A DNA stretch of 64,000 nucleotides from a candidate division WWE3 bacterium (GTDB taxonomy: Bacteria; Patescibacteriota; WWE3; UBA101185; UBA10185): positions 853,251 to 917,250 of the forward strand of contig JBPOHV010000001.1 in the NCBI GenBank assembly GCA_052035175.1, given 5' to 3'. Under the pieces are notes generated by a model. That model made no database searches, was not told the origin of the DNA, and was given only the letters and a program-made list of their open reading frames with translations. Of this stretch, positions 37,100 to 47,427 are shown in pieces. The first letter of the stretch is position 1; every line of letters begins with the position of its first letter. The translations under genes were made by a program, and so were the position numbers.

Positions 37100-38074
37100 T
37101 TAAAAGCTAAAAAAGTCGAGTATCTTAGTAATGATGGTTTTGTCAGTTCTTAATAAATCACCTGTCTGTGTATCATAATAAGCAACAGATGGTAACTCCA
37201 GATTAATAACACCAAAAAGCTTTTCTGACTTTTTAGCATTTACTTTATACTCAAGCTTCATATCTTCTGAGCTGTCATCATTCTCTTCAGATTCAATTTC
37301 TATTTCTGAAACAGTAGCTACGTCATCAGAAAGTGCAATTTTATCAAGAATGGTTTGTGGCATTACACCAAGCATAACTTCACCTTTTGGTGTTTGAACA
37401 TAAACATTGCCATCTGCTTCGTCTAAAAATAATGGGAAATTAGTAAGTCCTTTTGTGCCTTCGCTCTTAATTAGTACTTTTGAATTTTCGACACGAACCT
37501 TAAGTTTATTGCCATCACTATCTTCTGATTCAGTTTCTATACCCTCATCGCTAGATTCACTTTTTTCTTCTTTCACAAGTTTGCCAAAGCTATTGTATGT
37601 TTTTGATTCAATCTTGATCTTATCTCCTTCAATTTCTTTTTTTACAATAGAATACGTACCATCAGCATTTTGGACTTTTTCTTCTGATTTCTGTTTAGTA
37701 GAGGCTATAAAATCATCGTCAGACTCATCCTCTATTTCAAGCTCATTTTCTATTTCGTCTTTATTATCATCCTCGTCATTATCTTCATCTTTATTATTGT
37801 TGTCATTATCGTTGTCGTCAGAATCCTCATCCTCATCGCTATCATTGTCATCACTGTCTTCATCGTCATTTTTATCTTCATCTTTATCCTCATCCTCGTC
37901 ATCATCATTACTACTACCAGAACTCAAAACACTGCCCTTATCTGCAGATGCTTTTGTTGAAATAAAAGTAGATATGCCCAAAAAGCCTAGTAATAGCAAT
38001 AAAATTGGTAAGTGTAAAACATAAAGTACGATAGACTTGGATTTTTTTATTTTTTGATTGTTTGGAAATATCAT
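37100..38074 (-). CDS. Secreted, extremely acidic (poly-D/E/N) protein
   Basis: Signal/TM then 'DDDEDEDKDEDKNDDEDSDDNDSDEDEDSDDNDNDNNNKDEDNDEDDNKDE…' low-complexity region and a beta-rich C-terminal domain. Confidence 0.55.
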   Translation of the reverse strand: MIFPNNQKIKKSKSIVLYVLHLPILLLLLGFLGISTFISTKASADKGSVLSSGSSNDDDEDEDKDEDKNDDEDSDDNDSDEDEDSDDNDNDNNNKDEDNDEDDNKDEIENELEIEDESDDDFIASTKQKSEEKVQNADGTYSIVKKEIEGDKIKIESKTYNSFGKLVKEEKSESSDEGIETESEDSDGNKLKVRVENSKVLIKSEGTKGLTNFPLFLDEADGNVYVQTPKGEVMLGVMPQTILDKIALSDDVATVSEIEIESEENDDSSEDMKLEYKVNAKKSEKLFGVINLELPSVAYYDTQTGDLLRTDKTIITKILDFFSF

Positions 38075-38153
38075 ATATAAATATGATCGACTTATTAAAG
38101 ATCGTTGTCAAATGCACATTACAAACCAAATACGTGTTGATATAATCCCACAT

Positions 38154-38840
38154 ATGAAAATTATTTTTTTAAACATTTATGGAAATACTGTCAAAGATCT
38201 TCCAGAAGCATTCATAAAAGAACATAAAAGTGATACCGATATTTTTTGCTTGCAAGAATCATACGAAAAAACAAAATGGTTATTAAGAAATATATTAAAC
38301 GATTACACAATGATTGCAGACTATAAGTATATTAATGACGATGAAAACTTTCCACAGACTACTTACATAAAAAAAGGTATTGAAATAAAAGAAACGCAAA
38401 CTATTTTAAAAGACGCTCCAGAGACAGGATTAGCATTGCACACACAAATAGTTTATAGCGGGAAATTATTGAACGTATGTAATGTACATGGAATTGCAAA
38501 ACCAGGAGACAAACTAGATAACAACGGTAGAGTACAGCAATCACAAGCAATTATAAATTTTTATCAAAGCATTGATGGTATAAAAATAATTGGGGGAGAT
38601 TTTAATTTAGAAGCAACAACTAAGTCTGTAAATCTTTTTGAAGAAAATGGATATAAGAACTTAATAAAAGATTTTTCTATTGATACTACTCGCAATAGGT
38701 TAGTTTGGGAAAAATACCCAGATAGTATTCAATATTTTTCTGATTATGTGTTTGTTGATCCAAACGTTAAAGTACAATCTTTTGAGGTACCAAAAAATGA
38801 GATATCTGATCATTTACCCATGATACTTAACATAGAGTGA
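38154..38840 (+). CDS. Endonuclease/exonuclease/phosphatase (EEP) family protein
   Basis: 'MKIIFLNIYG' N-terminus, 'GGDFNLEA' and C-terminal 'SDHLPM' motifs. Start moved to the internal ATG at 38154 to avoid a divergent overlap. Confidence 0.65.
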   Translation: MKIIFLNIYGNTVKDLPEAFIKEHKSDTDIFCLQESYEKTKWLLRNILNDYTMIADYKYINDDENFPQTTYIKKGIEIKETQTILKDAPETGLALHTQIVYSGKLLNVCNVHGIAKPGDKLDNNGRVQQSQAIINFYQSIDGIKIIGGDFNLEATTKSVNLFEENGYKNLIKDFSIDTTRNRLVWEKYPDSIQYFSDYVFVDPNVKVQSFEVPKNEISDHLPMILNIE

Positions 38841-38861
38841 TCAGAAGCATTTATTGGTATA

Positions 38862-39488
38862 ATGATTTATATGAATTACTCTACTTTAGCAAATCAAGAA
38901 TCATTACAAAAAACAACACAAGCACTTCAAGAAAAAGGATATGTGGTTGACGTTGTAAAAACTGGTGCAGAAGCATTGGAAAAAATTAAAATGCTTATTC
39001 CAGAAAATGCTAGTGTAATGAATGGATCTTCGGTCACTTTAGAAACAATTGGATTTGTAGATTATTTAAAAAGTGATCAACACAGATGGAATAATTTGCA
39101 CGCAGCAATAGTTGCAGAACAAGACCCTGCAAAACAAGCTCATTTGCGTAAACAAGCAGAGCTGTCTGATTATTATTTAGGAAGTGTCCACGCACTCGTA
39201 GAAACTGGCGAATTTGTAATCGCATCAAATACAGGAAGTCAATTACCACACGTTGTGTATACATCACCTAATCTTATATTTGTAGTTAGTACAAAAAAGA
39301 TCGTTGCAGACCTTACGAACGCAATGAATAGATTGCACGAGTACATCATGCCATTAGAAGATCAACATATGAAAGAAAAATATAACGTAGGAACAGCTGC
39401 AAATAAAGTTTTGATATTCAATGGTGAAAATCCAATGTTCCAACGCAAAATTAACTTCATCTTAGTAGAAGAAAGTTTAGGATTTTAA
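38862..39488 (+). CDS. LUD-domain protein (LutC/YkgG-like)
   Basis: Length about 200 aa and the 'VKTGAEALEKI…GSVHALVETGEFVIASNTG' pattern typical of DUF162/LUD. Confidence 0.55.
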   Translation: MIYMNYSTLANQESLQKTTQALQEKGYVVDVVKTGAEALEKIKMLIPENASVMNGSSVTLETIGFVDYLKSDQHRWNNLHAAIVAEQDPAKQAHLRKQAELSDYYLGSVHALVETGEFVIASNTGSQLPHVVYTSPNLIFVVSTKKIVADLTNAMNRLHEYIMPLEDQHMKEKYNVGTAANKVLIFNGENPMFQRKINFILVEESLGF

Positions 39489-39502
39489 TAGAAAGGATTT
39501 TT

Positions 39503-39895
39503 ATGAACAGAGTAGTACATTTCGAAATACACGCAGACAATACAGAACGTGCTATAAAATTTTATCAAGACGTTTTTGGATGGACTTTTGAACAATGGGG
39601 TGACAATAAATATTGGATGATAATGACAGCACCAAAAGATAGCACCGAACTTGGAATAAATGGTGGATTGTTACAAAGATCAGGTCAAACACCTGCGCGT
39701 GACCAAAGCGCAAATGCTTATGTATGCACTATGGAAGTGGCAGATTTTGACGCTACTGCAGAAAAAATATTGGCTGCTGGCGGAAGCGTTGCAACTCCTA
39801 AATATGCGTTAGTGGGTATGGCATGGCAAGGGTATTTCTTGGATACTGAAGGCAATACTTTTGGTGTTCATCATCCTGACGTAAACGCTAAATAA
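39503..39895 (+). CDS. VOC/glyoxalase-bleomycin resistance fold protein
   Basis: 'VVHFEIHADNTERAIKFYQDVFGWTF' and 'GGLLQRS…GNTFGVHHP' paired beta-alpha-beta-beta-beta modules. Confidence 0.7.
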   Translation: MNRVVHFEIHADNTERAIKFYQDVFGWTFEQWGDNKYWMIMTAPKDSTELGINGGLLQRSGQTPARDQSANAYVCTMEVADFDATAEKILAAGGSVATPKYALVGMAWQGYFLDTEGNTFGVHHPDVNAK

Positions 39896-39924
39896 TATGA
39901 ATTAAAATTGGGAACATAGAATAA

Positions 39925-40464
39925 ATGCAATCACTAATACCTTTACAGTCAAACTTAGAAATGACGAGTACATCGCAGCAAGAACGATTAAAACAAGACT
40001 TTGTATATAAAGCCACTAGTGTATTACACAAACTAGAAGGTGAATTAGTGGTCACCACAGAGACACCTACTGTAACACTTATAATTGCCGACAGCGATAA
40101 TGGGAAGTTCAAAAATACTATGCTCGGCTTTTGTATGAGAAGACTGCGCGTGCTTACAGAAGGAGAACACGCGGAAGGCCCAGCAAAACATGCAGCAAGC
40201 ATAATGCAAGTTTTTGGACGGCTTGCAAAAGATTTACCAGAAAAGATTCCATTGTATTTCAAAGACTACGTAAAAAATCCAGATATATATGGCTATGTTG
40301 AAGATAAATACTACTGGCCAGATGGAACTATAGAAAGGTATCAAGATGAAATTGAACCTATAATAGTTTATACACTTGAGAAGTACACAATTGATAATCC
40401 GCCAACTGGTGATTTTCAACAACTAAAAACCGAATACAAGGCTCGCCAAAAAGTGGCGCAATAA
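39925..40464 (+). CDS. Hypothetical protein
   Basis: 179-aa ORF with no recognisable motif. Confidence 0.4.
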   Translation: MQSLIPLQSNLEMTSTSQQERLKQDFVYKATSVLHKLEGELVVTTETPTVTLIIADSDNGKFKNTMLGFCMRRLRVLTEGEHAEGPAKHAASIMQVFGRLAKDLPEKIPLYFKDYVKNPDIYGYVEDKYYWPDGTIERYQDEIEPIIVYTLEKYTIDNPPTGDFQQLKTEYKARQKVAQ

Positions 40465-40502
40465 ATGCTACTGCTTTAGTAGGGATAGCGATACACATAA
40501 AA

Positions 40503-41261
40503 CTACTCAAGTGCATCTTTTAATAAAGACATTTGCATTGCAGATAATTGTGTACTAATGCTTGTGTCAAATGTTGCAGAACCTGCACGACGTTCTTGTA
40601 TAGTACTATCACTTGAATATTTCGTATAAAAAGATGCACGTGGTTCTTTAATAAGTCTATCTGAGTTTCCGACCATAGAATTAAAATCTGTACGTTTAGC
40701 ATAACCGCCTAGGCTAGCTGTTACATCTTCTTGTAGCAAAAGCTCTTTGTAACCAGAGTGCTCTAGTGTAGCTAAACTAAGAGCTAAAAAAGTTTGTGGA
40801 AAATAACCATTTCTATATGACTCAGCTACAAAGAATCCCAATGATACCGTGGATATGTTTCCAGCTTCAGATAAAATATCAGAAAATTTATTTGTTGCAT
40901 GCCCAGAGGCAAAACTCCTGTATGTACCATTATGACACCTTGCCTGTTGTAGATTTGGGATAAGCGCAACGTCTAATACTCCAGCTGGTATATGTTTACC
41001 ATCTGGTGCAAGCTCATACGTATAAAATAAAACTCGATCATGCGATCGAAATCTTTGTGTATGATCATAGTTAACTGCAGTCATATCAAATTGTTTAAGC
41101 TCTCTGCTTATTTCTTGCTTATTCAATCTATACCGATTACGTATAACTGGAATACTATTATTAAAATTTAACTTGTGACCATCAAATTTTGCTAACTCAG
41201 CAATTTGCTGATACCTATCTACAATGTTGGTTTCTAAAGTCATTTTATCCAAAGATTGCAT
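40503..41261 (-). CDS. Hypothetical protein (possible GNAT-related acyltransferase fold; weak)
   Basis: 252-aa ORF. Weak acyl-transferase-like beta-alpha pattern only. Confidence 0.3.
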   Translation of the reverse strand: MQSLDKMTLETNIVDRYQQIAELAKFDGHKLNFNNSIPVIRNRYRLNKQEISRELKQFDMTAVNYDHTQRFRSHDRVLFYTYELAPDGKHIPAGVLDVALIPNLQQARCHNGTYRSFASGHATNKFSDILSEAGNISTVSLGFFVAESYRNGYFPQTFLALSLATLEHSGYKELLLQEDVTASLGGYAKRTDFNSMVGNSDRLIKEPRASFYTKYSSDSTIQERRAGSATFDTSISTQLSAMQMSLLKDALE

Positions 41262-41370
41262 AGGGAGATTATAAAACTATAATGACAATCATCTCAAGAA
41301 ACCTCATTGCTTTAGTAGAACTACTCTTGTACGATCAGAAAAATCACTAATCAAAAGGAGACTTTTAAAA

Positions 41371-41604
41371 ATGAACAACTTCCCAAGTTTTATCTTGGCA
41401 TGCGCCGGCAGCGCATGCCTAATACCTGGGCTGCTTTATGCAGTGCCAGGGGTTTTTTATATCTTGGCAAACTTTGCGGAGTTTGCTGAGATAGACAGCG
41501 AAACCCCCATATCCAAAGTAGTGGGGTTATTTGTTTTGCTTTGGATCGGATGGCCTTTCATGGCCATGAGAGCGTGGCTAAAACGCCACGGGCATTGGAC
41601 ATGA
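41371..41604 (+). CDS. Small GC-enriched membrane protein
   Basis: SD 'aaaaggaga'. Two TM helices. Followed by GC-rich hairpins gcggcgcttc…gaagcgccgc and gagaga…tctctc. Confidence 0.45.
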   Translation: MNNFPSFILACAGSACLIPGLLYAVPGVFYILANFAEFAEIDSETPISKVVGLFVLLWIGWPFMAMRAWLKRHGHWT

Positions 41605-41723
41605 GCAGCTAACTATGGCGGCGCTTCGCACGAAGCGCCGCTAAGCTCCCACTGAATAAAAGGTGTATCTGAGAGACGTCCCAACCTCTCTCTTAATAAA
41701 CACACCCATGATAAGATTTATAC

Positions 41724-42857
41724 GTGAAAATTCTTATACTAAACTGGCGCTCTATAAAAGACCCACTCGAAGGCGGAGCAGAACGCGCAACATATGAATT
41801 TGCAAAAAGATGGATAAATACAAACAATGCAGAAGTTTTCTGGATTTCCCCACCCTACAACAATAATATAAAATCAGAAACAATAGACGGCATTAATTTT
41901 GATTATGTAGGAGTCCCACTGACAAGAAATGTCATACAACTCTTGTGGGCATTTCCATTTTTTTACATATCATGCGCAATAAGATATCTAACAAAGTATA
42001 AAAATAAAATTGATGTTGTTATAGATCAAGCACACGGTATACCATATCTAACACCTCTTTATGTGAAAGAAAAAAAAGTAGTGTATATACACGAAGTTGC
42101 AGGAACAATTTGGAATATTATGTATCCTTTACCTATTAAGCTCTTGGGGCATTTAAGTGAGAAAATTATCTTCCCTATTTACAACCATTACAAAATTAAA
42201 TTCATAGCAAACTCGCCAAGTACTTATAACGATCTAATCAACGTATTTAAATTAGATAAAAATAATATAAAAATAATTCCTTACGGAGTTACAGCGCCGC
42301 TTATAGATAAACCACAAACAAAAGCACAAGATTTAACAATAATTTATATAAACAGACTTGTAAAAATGAAAGGAATAGAACGATGCCTGGTAATCTTTTC
42401 AAAGATATTACAAAAGCAACCATCGGCAAAGTTACTTGTGCTAGGTCGTGGTGAAGATGCGTATGTGCAAGAACTAAAATCGCAAGCAAACAAATTGGGT
42501 ATTACGCATAAGGTAGAATTTTTGGGACACATTGATGGTCAAGAGAAATTTGATTTATTAGCCAAATCGCATGTTTTAATAAATGCAAGTTATTTAGAAG
42601 GTTGGGGACTTGTAAATATAGAAGCCAATCGTATGGGAACACCTGTAGTAGCATTTAAAGTAAAAGGGTGCGTTGACTCTGTACAAGATGGTATAAGCGG
42701 TTACCTATCAGTAGACAACGATTTGGAAGATATGACCAATAATATTTTGAGAATTCACAACAACATACAGCTGCAACAATCCTCGATTGATTATGCTAAA
42801 CAATTTGATTGGGATTTACAAGCACATGTTTTTTATGAATATCTCACTACTATTTAG
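41724..42857 (+). CDS. Glycosyltransferase family 4 (GT-B, retaining)
   Basis: 'GGAER' N-terminal motif and C-terminal 'SYLEGWGLVNIEANRMGTPVVA' (EX7E-type). Confidence 0.8.
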   Translation: MKILILNWRSIKDPLEGGAERATYEFAKRWINTNNAEVFWISPPYNNNIKSETIDGINFDYVGVPLTRNVIQLLWAFPFFYISCAIRYLTKYKNKIDVVIDQAHGIPYLTPLYVKEKKVVYIHEVAGTIWNIMYPLPIKLLGHLSEKIIFPIYNHYKIKFIANSPSTYNDLINVFKLDKNNIKIIPYGVTAPLIDKPQTKAQDLTIIYINRLVKMKGIERCLVIFSKILQKQPSAKLLVLGRGEDAYVQELKSQANKLGITHKVEFLGHIDGQEKFDLLAKSHVLINASYLEGWGLVNIEANRMGTPVVAFKVKGCVDSVQDGISGYLSVDNDLEDMTNNILRIHNNIQLQQSSIDYAKQFDWDLQAHVFYEYLTTI

Positions 42858-43599
42858 AATCTTTTGATGCGCACTCTACAACTAACAAATTTGCAAAACA
42901 CCCAAAGAATTTGAGTTCAAGACTACAAAGTAATTTTGACAACCTTCTCGAAGGAAATAAAAAAGACAGCATGTTAAATGAGCCAATAGTATTTACTTCA
43001 TAACCCAGGTCTTGCAAAATCTTTTGTGTATTAGTTTTATGAAACTTTGCTAAATGCTGCGACCCCGCAAACTTTGGCACAAACGTAACTAAGTCGAGAA
43101 ACCACTCTATTAATACCCATGGACTTTTGTAATTAGGTGTAATTATCAATAGCTTACCGTTTGGATTTAATAAAGATTTGAGGTTTGACACAACACGTGT
43201 AGAATCTTGTATCGGCAAATGCTCAATAACATCGATCATAACAATCAAATCAAACTTCCCAATATCAAGCGTTGTATCGACTGTTCTTATATCAGCAACA
43301 TGAAGTGATACGTTATCTAGATTTAAATCTTGCAGCCTGCTTTTCAAAAAAGCTATTGCCTCATCATTATAATCAACACCTACTATCTCTTTACATCTAG
43401 TTGCGAATTCAAATTCAAAATTACCGCTGCCAGTCCCCAAATCAAGTATACGGCTTTCTGGAGTTATACTCACCAAAGCATCAACAACAGTCAATTTGTT
43501 CCGATGCCAATTTGCTTGCCAAAAATTTTTACTATTTATAGCCTTGTATTGATAATCGGACGGAATACCTAGTTTTTTTTCTATTATCAAGTCACTCAT
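42850..43599 (-). CDS. Class I SAM-dependent methyltransferase
   Basis: Motif I 'ILDLGTGSGNF', acidic motif II 'VGVDYN' and motif post-II 'LIVMIDVIEHL'. Confidence 0.8.
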   Translation of the reverse strand: MSDLIIEKKLGIPSDYQYKAINSKNFWQANWHRNKLTVVDALVSITPESRILDLGTGSGNFEFEFATRCKEIVGVDYNDEAIAFLKSRLQDLNLDNVSLHVADIRTVDTTLDIGKFDLIVMIDVIEHLPIQDSTRVVSNLKSLLNPNGKLLIITPNYKSPWVLIEWFLDLVTFVPKFAGSQHLAKFHKTNTQKILQDLGYEVNTIGSFNMLSFLFPSRRLSKLLCSLELKFFGCFANLLVVECASKDSK

Positions 43600-43628
43600 A
43601 TTGCTATATACTCTGAGTACTATCAGTT

Positions 43629-45881
43629 ATGACTATTAACAAATTTTATACAAAAGCGCATCATCTAATAACTAGCTTTCTTAATAACACAAGCCTAGTT
43701 TATCAGATTCTAATAGTAATGTTTATCTTTTTATTTGCGTTCAAACTGCTAGTGAGAAGAGATTTTGGTGGAGATTTCGTAGTTTATTTCTTGCCTCACT
43801 ATAATTTTATTTTTTCTTCAATAAAATCTGGTGATATACCATTATGGTTTCCGTACTCATACAATGGTCTGCCTGAGATATTCAAATCTGAGCTGGCTAT
43901 GTTTCACCCAATAACACTGCTTGCACTTGTTGCAAACTTGTTAATAAACAAATCGGAAGTAATGAGTTATACAGGAAATATTTTTGAAATCTTATGGTTT
44001 GTATATTTAGCGTTTGGAAGCATAGGAATGTTCAAACTTTGTTCAGAAGTTTTCAAAATAAATCAATTGTGCTCACTTGCGGCAGCATTGATCTTCTCAC
44101 TAAACCCATTGATGCTTGCAAGCATGAATACCACTGTGTTTTTGGGGATAAGCATACTTCCATGGATAATTTATTATCTAGTGCTTATGCTTGAACACCC
44201 GTCATATAAACACATTCTATATTTTATAATATGTAACTATCTTTTATTCGCTGCTGGGTATCCATATTTTTATGTCTATTTCTTATTGTGCCAACTTGGA
44301 CTTGTTATAGCCTATGGGAAAAACAAATTCATACTGTTTATATCTACATACACTATCGCATTTTTATTAGCCGCTTTCTTTTTATTTCCAAACACATATA
44401 TATATTTACAATCTGCACGAAACACATCTCAAAGCGGGTCTTCATTTGAATTATTCACATCTAATATACCGTCACGAATAGTCAATATACTTAACCCAAT
44501 GCCTTTTGGAGAAAGCTACTCTAGACAAGATCCAGCAAGTGTCTTTACGTCAAACGGTGTGAGTTGGGGTACATTTGCTTTAATTTATCTAGCTATTGGA
44601 ATTTCTCAGCTAAAAAAAGATAAATTTTCAATTTGGTTGACTTGTACTTTTTTCATTGCTTTTTTTTACAGTTTTGGCGGATATATGTCATCAAGTCAAT
44701 TTTTTGGAAACTTCATACCATTGATTGATAAATTTAGGTCACATTCAATCGGACTTGTGCTTAGCATGTTCGCAGGTTGTATTTTTATTGCGCAAGGATT
44801 AGAACTCACACTTAATGGAATAAGAAATAAAAATATAGAAATTGGGTTTTGGATAATTATGCTCTTATCTTATATTGGATTATCGGCGATTCCGATTATA
44901 GTTCCTGACTATGCAACTTCCCATTTACAACAAGTGCTGTCATTATCACGTACTGCCTTTTTATTACTTGCTTCATTAATACTATTACATCTAACTGCCG
45001 TAAATAAAACTAAAGCGTTTATAGGCTTAAGTTTGTTATTCATTTTGTTAGAGTGTCATTTCTACTTTACAAATCTAAATGGACATTTTCTTGATACTAC
45101 ATATAACAAATACTATGCAGCAAATTCTCTATTACCAATAAATAAAAATGTCGATGAACTTTACCGCGTATATTTTGATAATAACCAATTTGCATACAAC
45201 ACTGCAAAACACAAAGTTTTCTTATATGCAGGATATGAAACTGTACCATACAGAGGGTGGTATGACTTTCAAAATAAATACGGGTTCAATACATCTCTAG
45301 CATTATCAAATGTAAAGTACATGGTAACAACGAATCCAGCCTGGCACGCACAAAACCCAACTGCAAAACTAATTCGCGACACGGGCCCGTTGGAAAAACC
45401 ACAAGAAACTTTTGTTTCAACGGTTGAAGGACTTCCATACTTATCTGCAAGGTCTCAAAACTCACACTACATTTATGAGCTATCAAATTATTTACCCAGA
45501 TATTTTGCACCCATAAATAGTGACGTTAATAACCTGCATGTAGATATCCAGCAAGAACCAAATCCAAATGTGCAAATAGATATACTTGAATACAAGTCGG
45601 ATATGATAAGAATGCGAGTAACCTCACCAGACAAAACAATAGTGGTAGGATCTGAAACTTATGATAAAGGTTGGCAGCTTACAATTGACGGAAAAGATTC
45701 AAAAGTTTATAAATTTGCAAGTTATTTTAGAGGTTTTATAGTTCCACAAGGAACATCAGAGATACTTATGACCTATCGCATGCCTATGCTAAATTATGGC
45801 ATACTTGTAAGTATAGGAGGTGTAATTACTCTGGCTGCTATATATTTTAATTTTGATAAATTGCGCAAGTATATTTCATGA
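43629..45881 (+). CDS. Large polytopic membrane protein, GT-C/YfhO-like putative glycosyltransferase
   Basis: About 12 TM segments over roughly 450 aa, then a roughly 300-aa extracytoplasmic C-terminal domain. It is the first gene of the overlapping operon. Confidence 0.5.
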   Translation: MTINKFYTKAHHLITSFLNNTSLVYQILIVMFIFLFAFKLLVRRDFGGDFVVYFLPHYNFIFSSIKSGDIPLWFPYSYNGLPEIFKSELAMFHPITLLALVANLLINKSEVMSYTGNIFEILWFVYLAFGSIGMFKLCSEVFKINQLCSLAAALIFSLNPLMLASMNTTVFLGISILPWIIYYLVLMLEHPSYKHILYFIICNYLLFAAGYPYFYVYFLLCQLGLVIAYGKNKFILFISTYTIAFLLAAFFLFPNTYIYLQSARNTSQSGSSFELFTSNIPSRIVNILNPMPFGESYSRQDPASVFTSNGVSWGTFALIYLAIGISQLKKDKFSIWLTCTFFIAFFYSFGGYMSSSQFFGNFIPLIDKFRSHSIGLVLSMFAGCIFIAQGLELTLNGIRNKNIEIGFWIIMLLSYIGLSAIPIIVPDYATSHLQQVLSLSRTAFLLLASLILLHLTAVNKTKAFIGLSLLFILLECHFYFTNLNGHFLDTTYNKYYAANSLLPINKNVDELYRVYFDNNQFAYNTAKHKVFLYAGYETVPYRGWYDFQNKYGFNTSLALSNVKYMVTTNPAWHAQNPTAKLIRDTGPLEKPQETFVSTVEGLPYLSARSQNSHYIYELSNYLPRYFAPINSDVNNLHVDIQQEPNPNVQIDILEYKSDMIRMRVTSPDKTIVVGSETYDKGWQLTIDGKDSKVYKFASYFRGFIVPQGTSEILMTYRMPMLNYGILVSIGGVITLAAIYFNFDKLRKYIS

Positions 45882-46717
45882 AAAAAGTTTCTATAATAGT
45901 TTCTACAAAAAACGAAGAAAAGAATATCAAGCTGCTCTTAGAGTCTATAAAAAAACAGACCTATGAAAACATTGAAACCATAATTGTAGATAATTTTAGT
46001 ACAGACAAAACACAAGAAATAGCTAAGCAATACACACCAAACGTTTATGTGATTGGGCCAGAACGTAGCGTACAACGTAACGAGGGTGTGAATAGAAGTA
46101 CAGGCGATTATTTATTGATACTAGACGCAGATATGCAACTTGATCCGACAGTAGTTGAAGATTGTATTCTGCTGATACAAAACAAACCGCACGTCAAAGC
46201 AATAATAATTCCAGAACTCTCATTTGGTGAGGGCTATTGGGCTCAATGCAAAGCACTAGAACGAAATTGTTATCTAGATGACACTGGTACAATCTATGCC
46301 CCTAGATTTTTTGATAAAAAAATATATTTAGCTGTAGGAGGATTTAACCCTGCAATGATATCTGGAGAAGATTGGGATTTACGCAATAGAATACTAAAAT
46401 CCGGACATAGTATAGATAAGATTAGTAGCATCATCCACCATAATGAAGGAAAAAGAAGTTTATATGAAATACTAAAAAAGAAATATTATTATGCACAAAA
46501 TGCCGATGAATATATTACTAATAATGTGCAAGGAATAAAAGATATAATAGTATACGTGATCAGACCCGCACTCTACAAAAACATTGGTATGCTGATAAAG
46601 CACCCACGTCATATGCCTGGAGTTTTTCTTATGGTTTATCTAGAATTTTTAGTAGGAGGGTTTGCTGCAATTGTTTTTAAAAAAGCATTTTGGAAAAAAG
46701 TCTTTAACTTGAAATAA
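45878..46717 (+). CDS. Glycosyltransferase family 2
   Basis: 'VSIIVSTKNEEKNI', DxD 'LDAD' and 'GGFNP…EDWDL' motifs. Its start overlaps the upstream stop (ATGA). Confidence 0.85.
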   Translation: MKKVSIIVSTKNEEKNIKLLLESIKKQTYENIETIIVDNFSTDKTQEIAKQYTPNVYVIGPERSVQRNEGVNRSTGDYLLILDADMQLDPTVVEDCILLIQNKPHVKAIIIPELSFGEGYWAQCKALERNCYLDDTGTIYAPRFFDKKIYLAVGGFNPAMISGEDWDLRNRILKSGHSIDKISSIIHHNEGKRSLYEILKKKYYYAQNADEYITNNVQGIKDIIVYVIRPALYKNIGMLIKHPRHMPGVFLMVYLEFLVGGFAAIVFKKAFWKKVFNLK

Positions 46718-46725
46718 AATTTGAT

Positions 46726-47427
46726 ATGCAAAATATTACAAATGAAAAACCGCAAAAAAAATTGACCGCCAGATTAAATGCCAGTGTAAACTTTGTCGAT
46801 ACAAATGATATTACAAACAAAACTATTTTGGATATCGGTTGTGGGTATGGATGGTTTGAAATGTACGCACTTCGACAAAATGCTAAACAAATATATGCAT
46901 GTGAAGTCTCAGAAAGCGACTTGTCTACAATTAGAAATAATGTAGTCGACCAAAAACTTCAAATCCAAGTAGGTGACGCAACGAAACTTACTTTTCAAAA
47001 TGAAACGTTTGATACATTGGTATGCTGGGAAGTTATTGAACATATACCTGTCGATACCGAAGATATGTTATTTTCTGAAGCAGCTAGAGTCCTTAAACCA
47101 AATGGAGTGCTGTATTTATCTACACCTTTTGATTCCATACCAGCTAAAATCTTCGACCCCGCTTGGTGGTTAACAGGGCATAGGCACTATAACTTGAATA
47201 AATTAAACGAATTTGCACTAAAACATTCGTTTATTATTGAGAAATCCACTGTATTTGGCGGATGGTGGCTGATACTAGATATTTTAAATATGTATATTTC
47301 AAAGTGGTTATTTCATAGAAAAAGGTTTTTTAGTGCAGTTTTTGACCAACATGTTAACAATGAATATACTAAACCAAATGGTTTTGTGAATATCTTTGTA
47401 AAATTTAAGAAAATGCACAATGCTTAA
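46726..47427 (+). CDS. Class I SAM-dependent methyltransferase
   Basis: Motif I 'ILDIGCGYGWF' and 'LVCWEVIEHI'. Confidence 0.8.
   Translation: MQNITNEKPQKKLTARLNASVNFVDTNDITNKTILDIGCGYGWFEMYALRQNAKQIYACEVSESDLSTIRNNVVDQKLQIQVGDATKLTFQNETFDTLVCWEVIEHIPVDTEDMLFSEAARVLKPNGVLYLSTPFDSIPAKIFDPAWWLTGHRHYNLNKLNEFALKHSFIIEKSTVFGGWWLILDILNMYISKWLFHRKRFFSAVFDQHVNNEYTKPNGFVNIFVKFKKMHNA

Noticed and set aside
37407-38024. 205-aa Ser/Leu-rich ORF on the plus strand
   Set aside because: It is the mirror translation of the GAT/GAA/GAC repeats that encode the poly-D/E protein on the minus strand, a low-complexity artefact.
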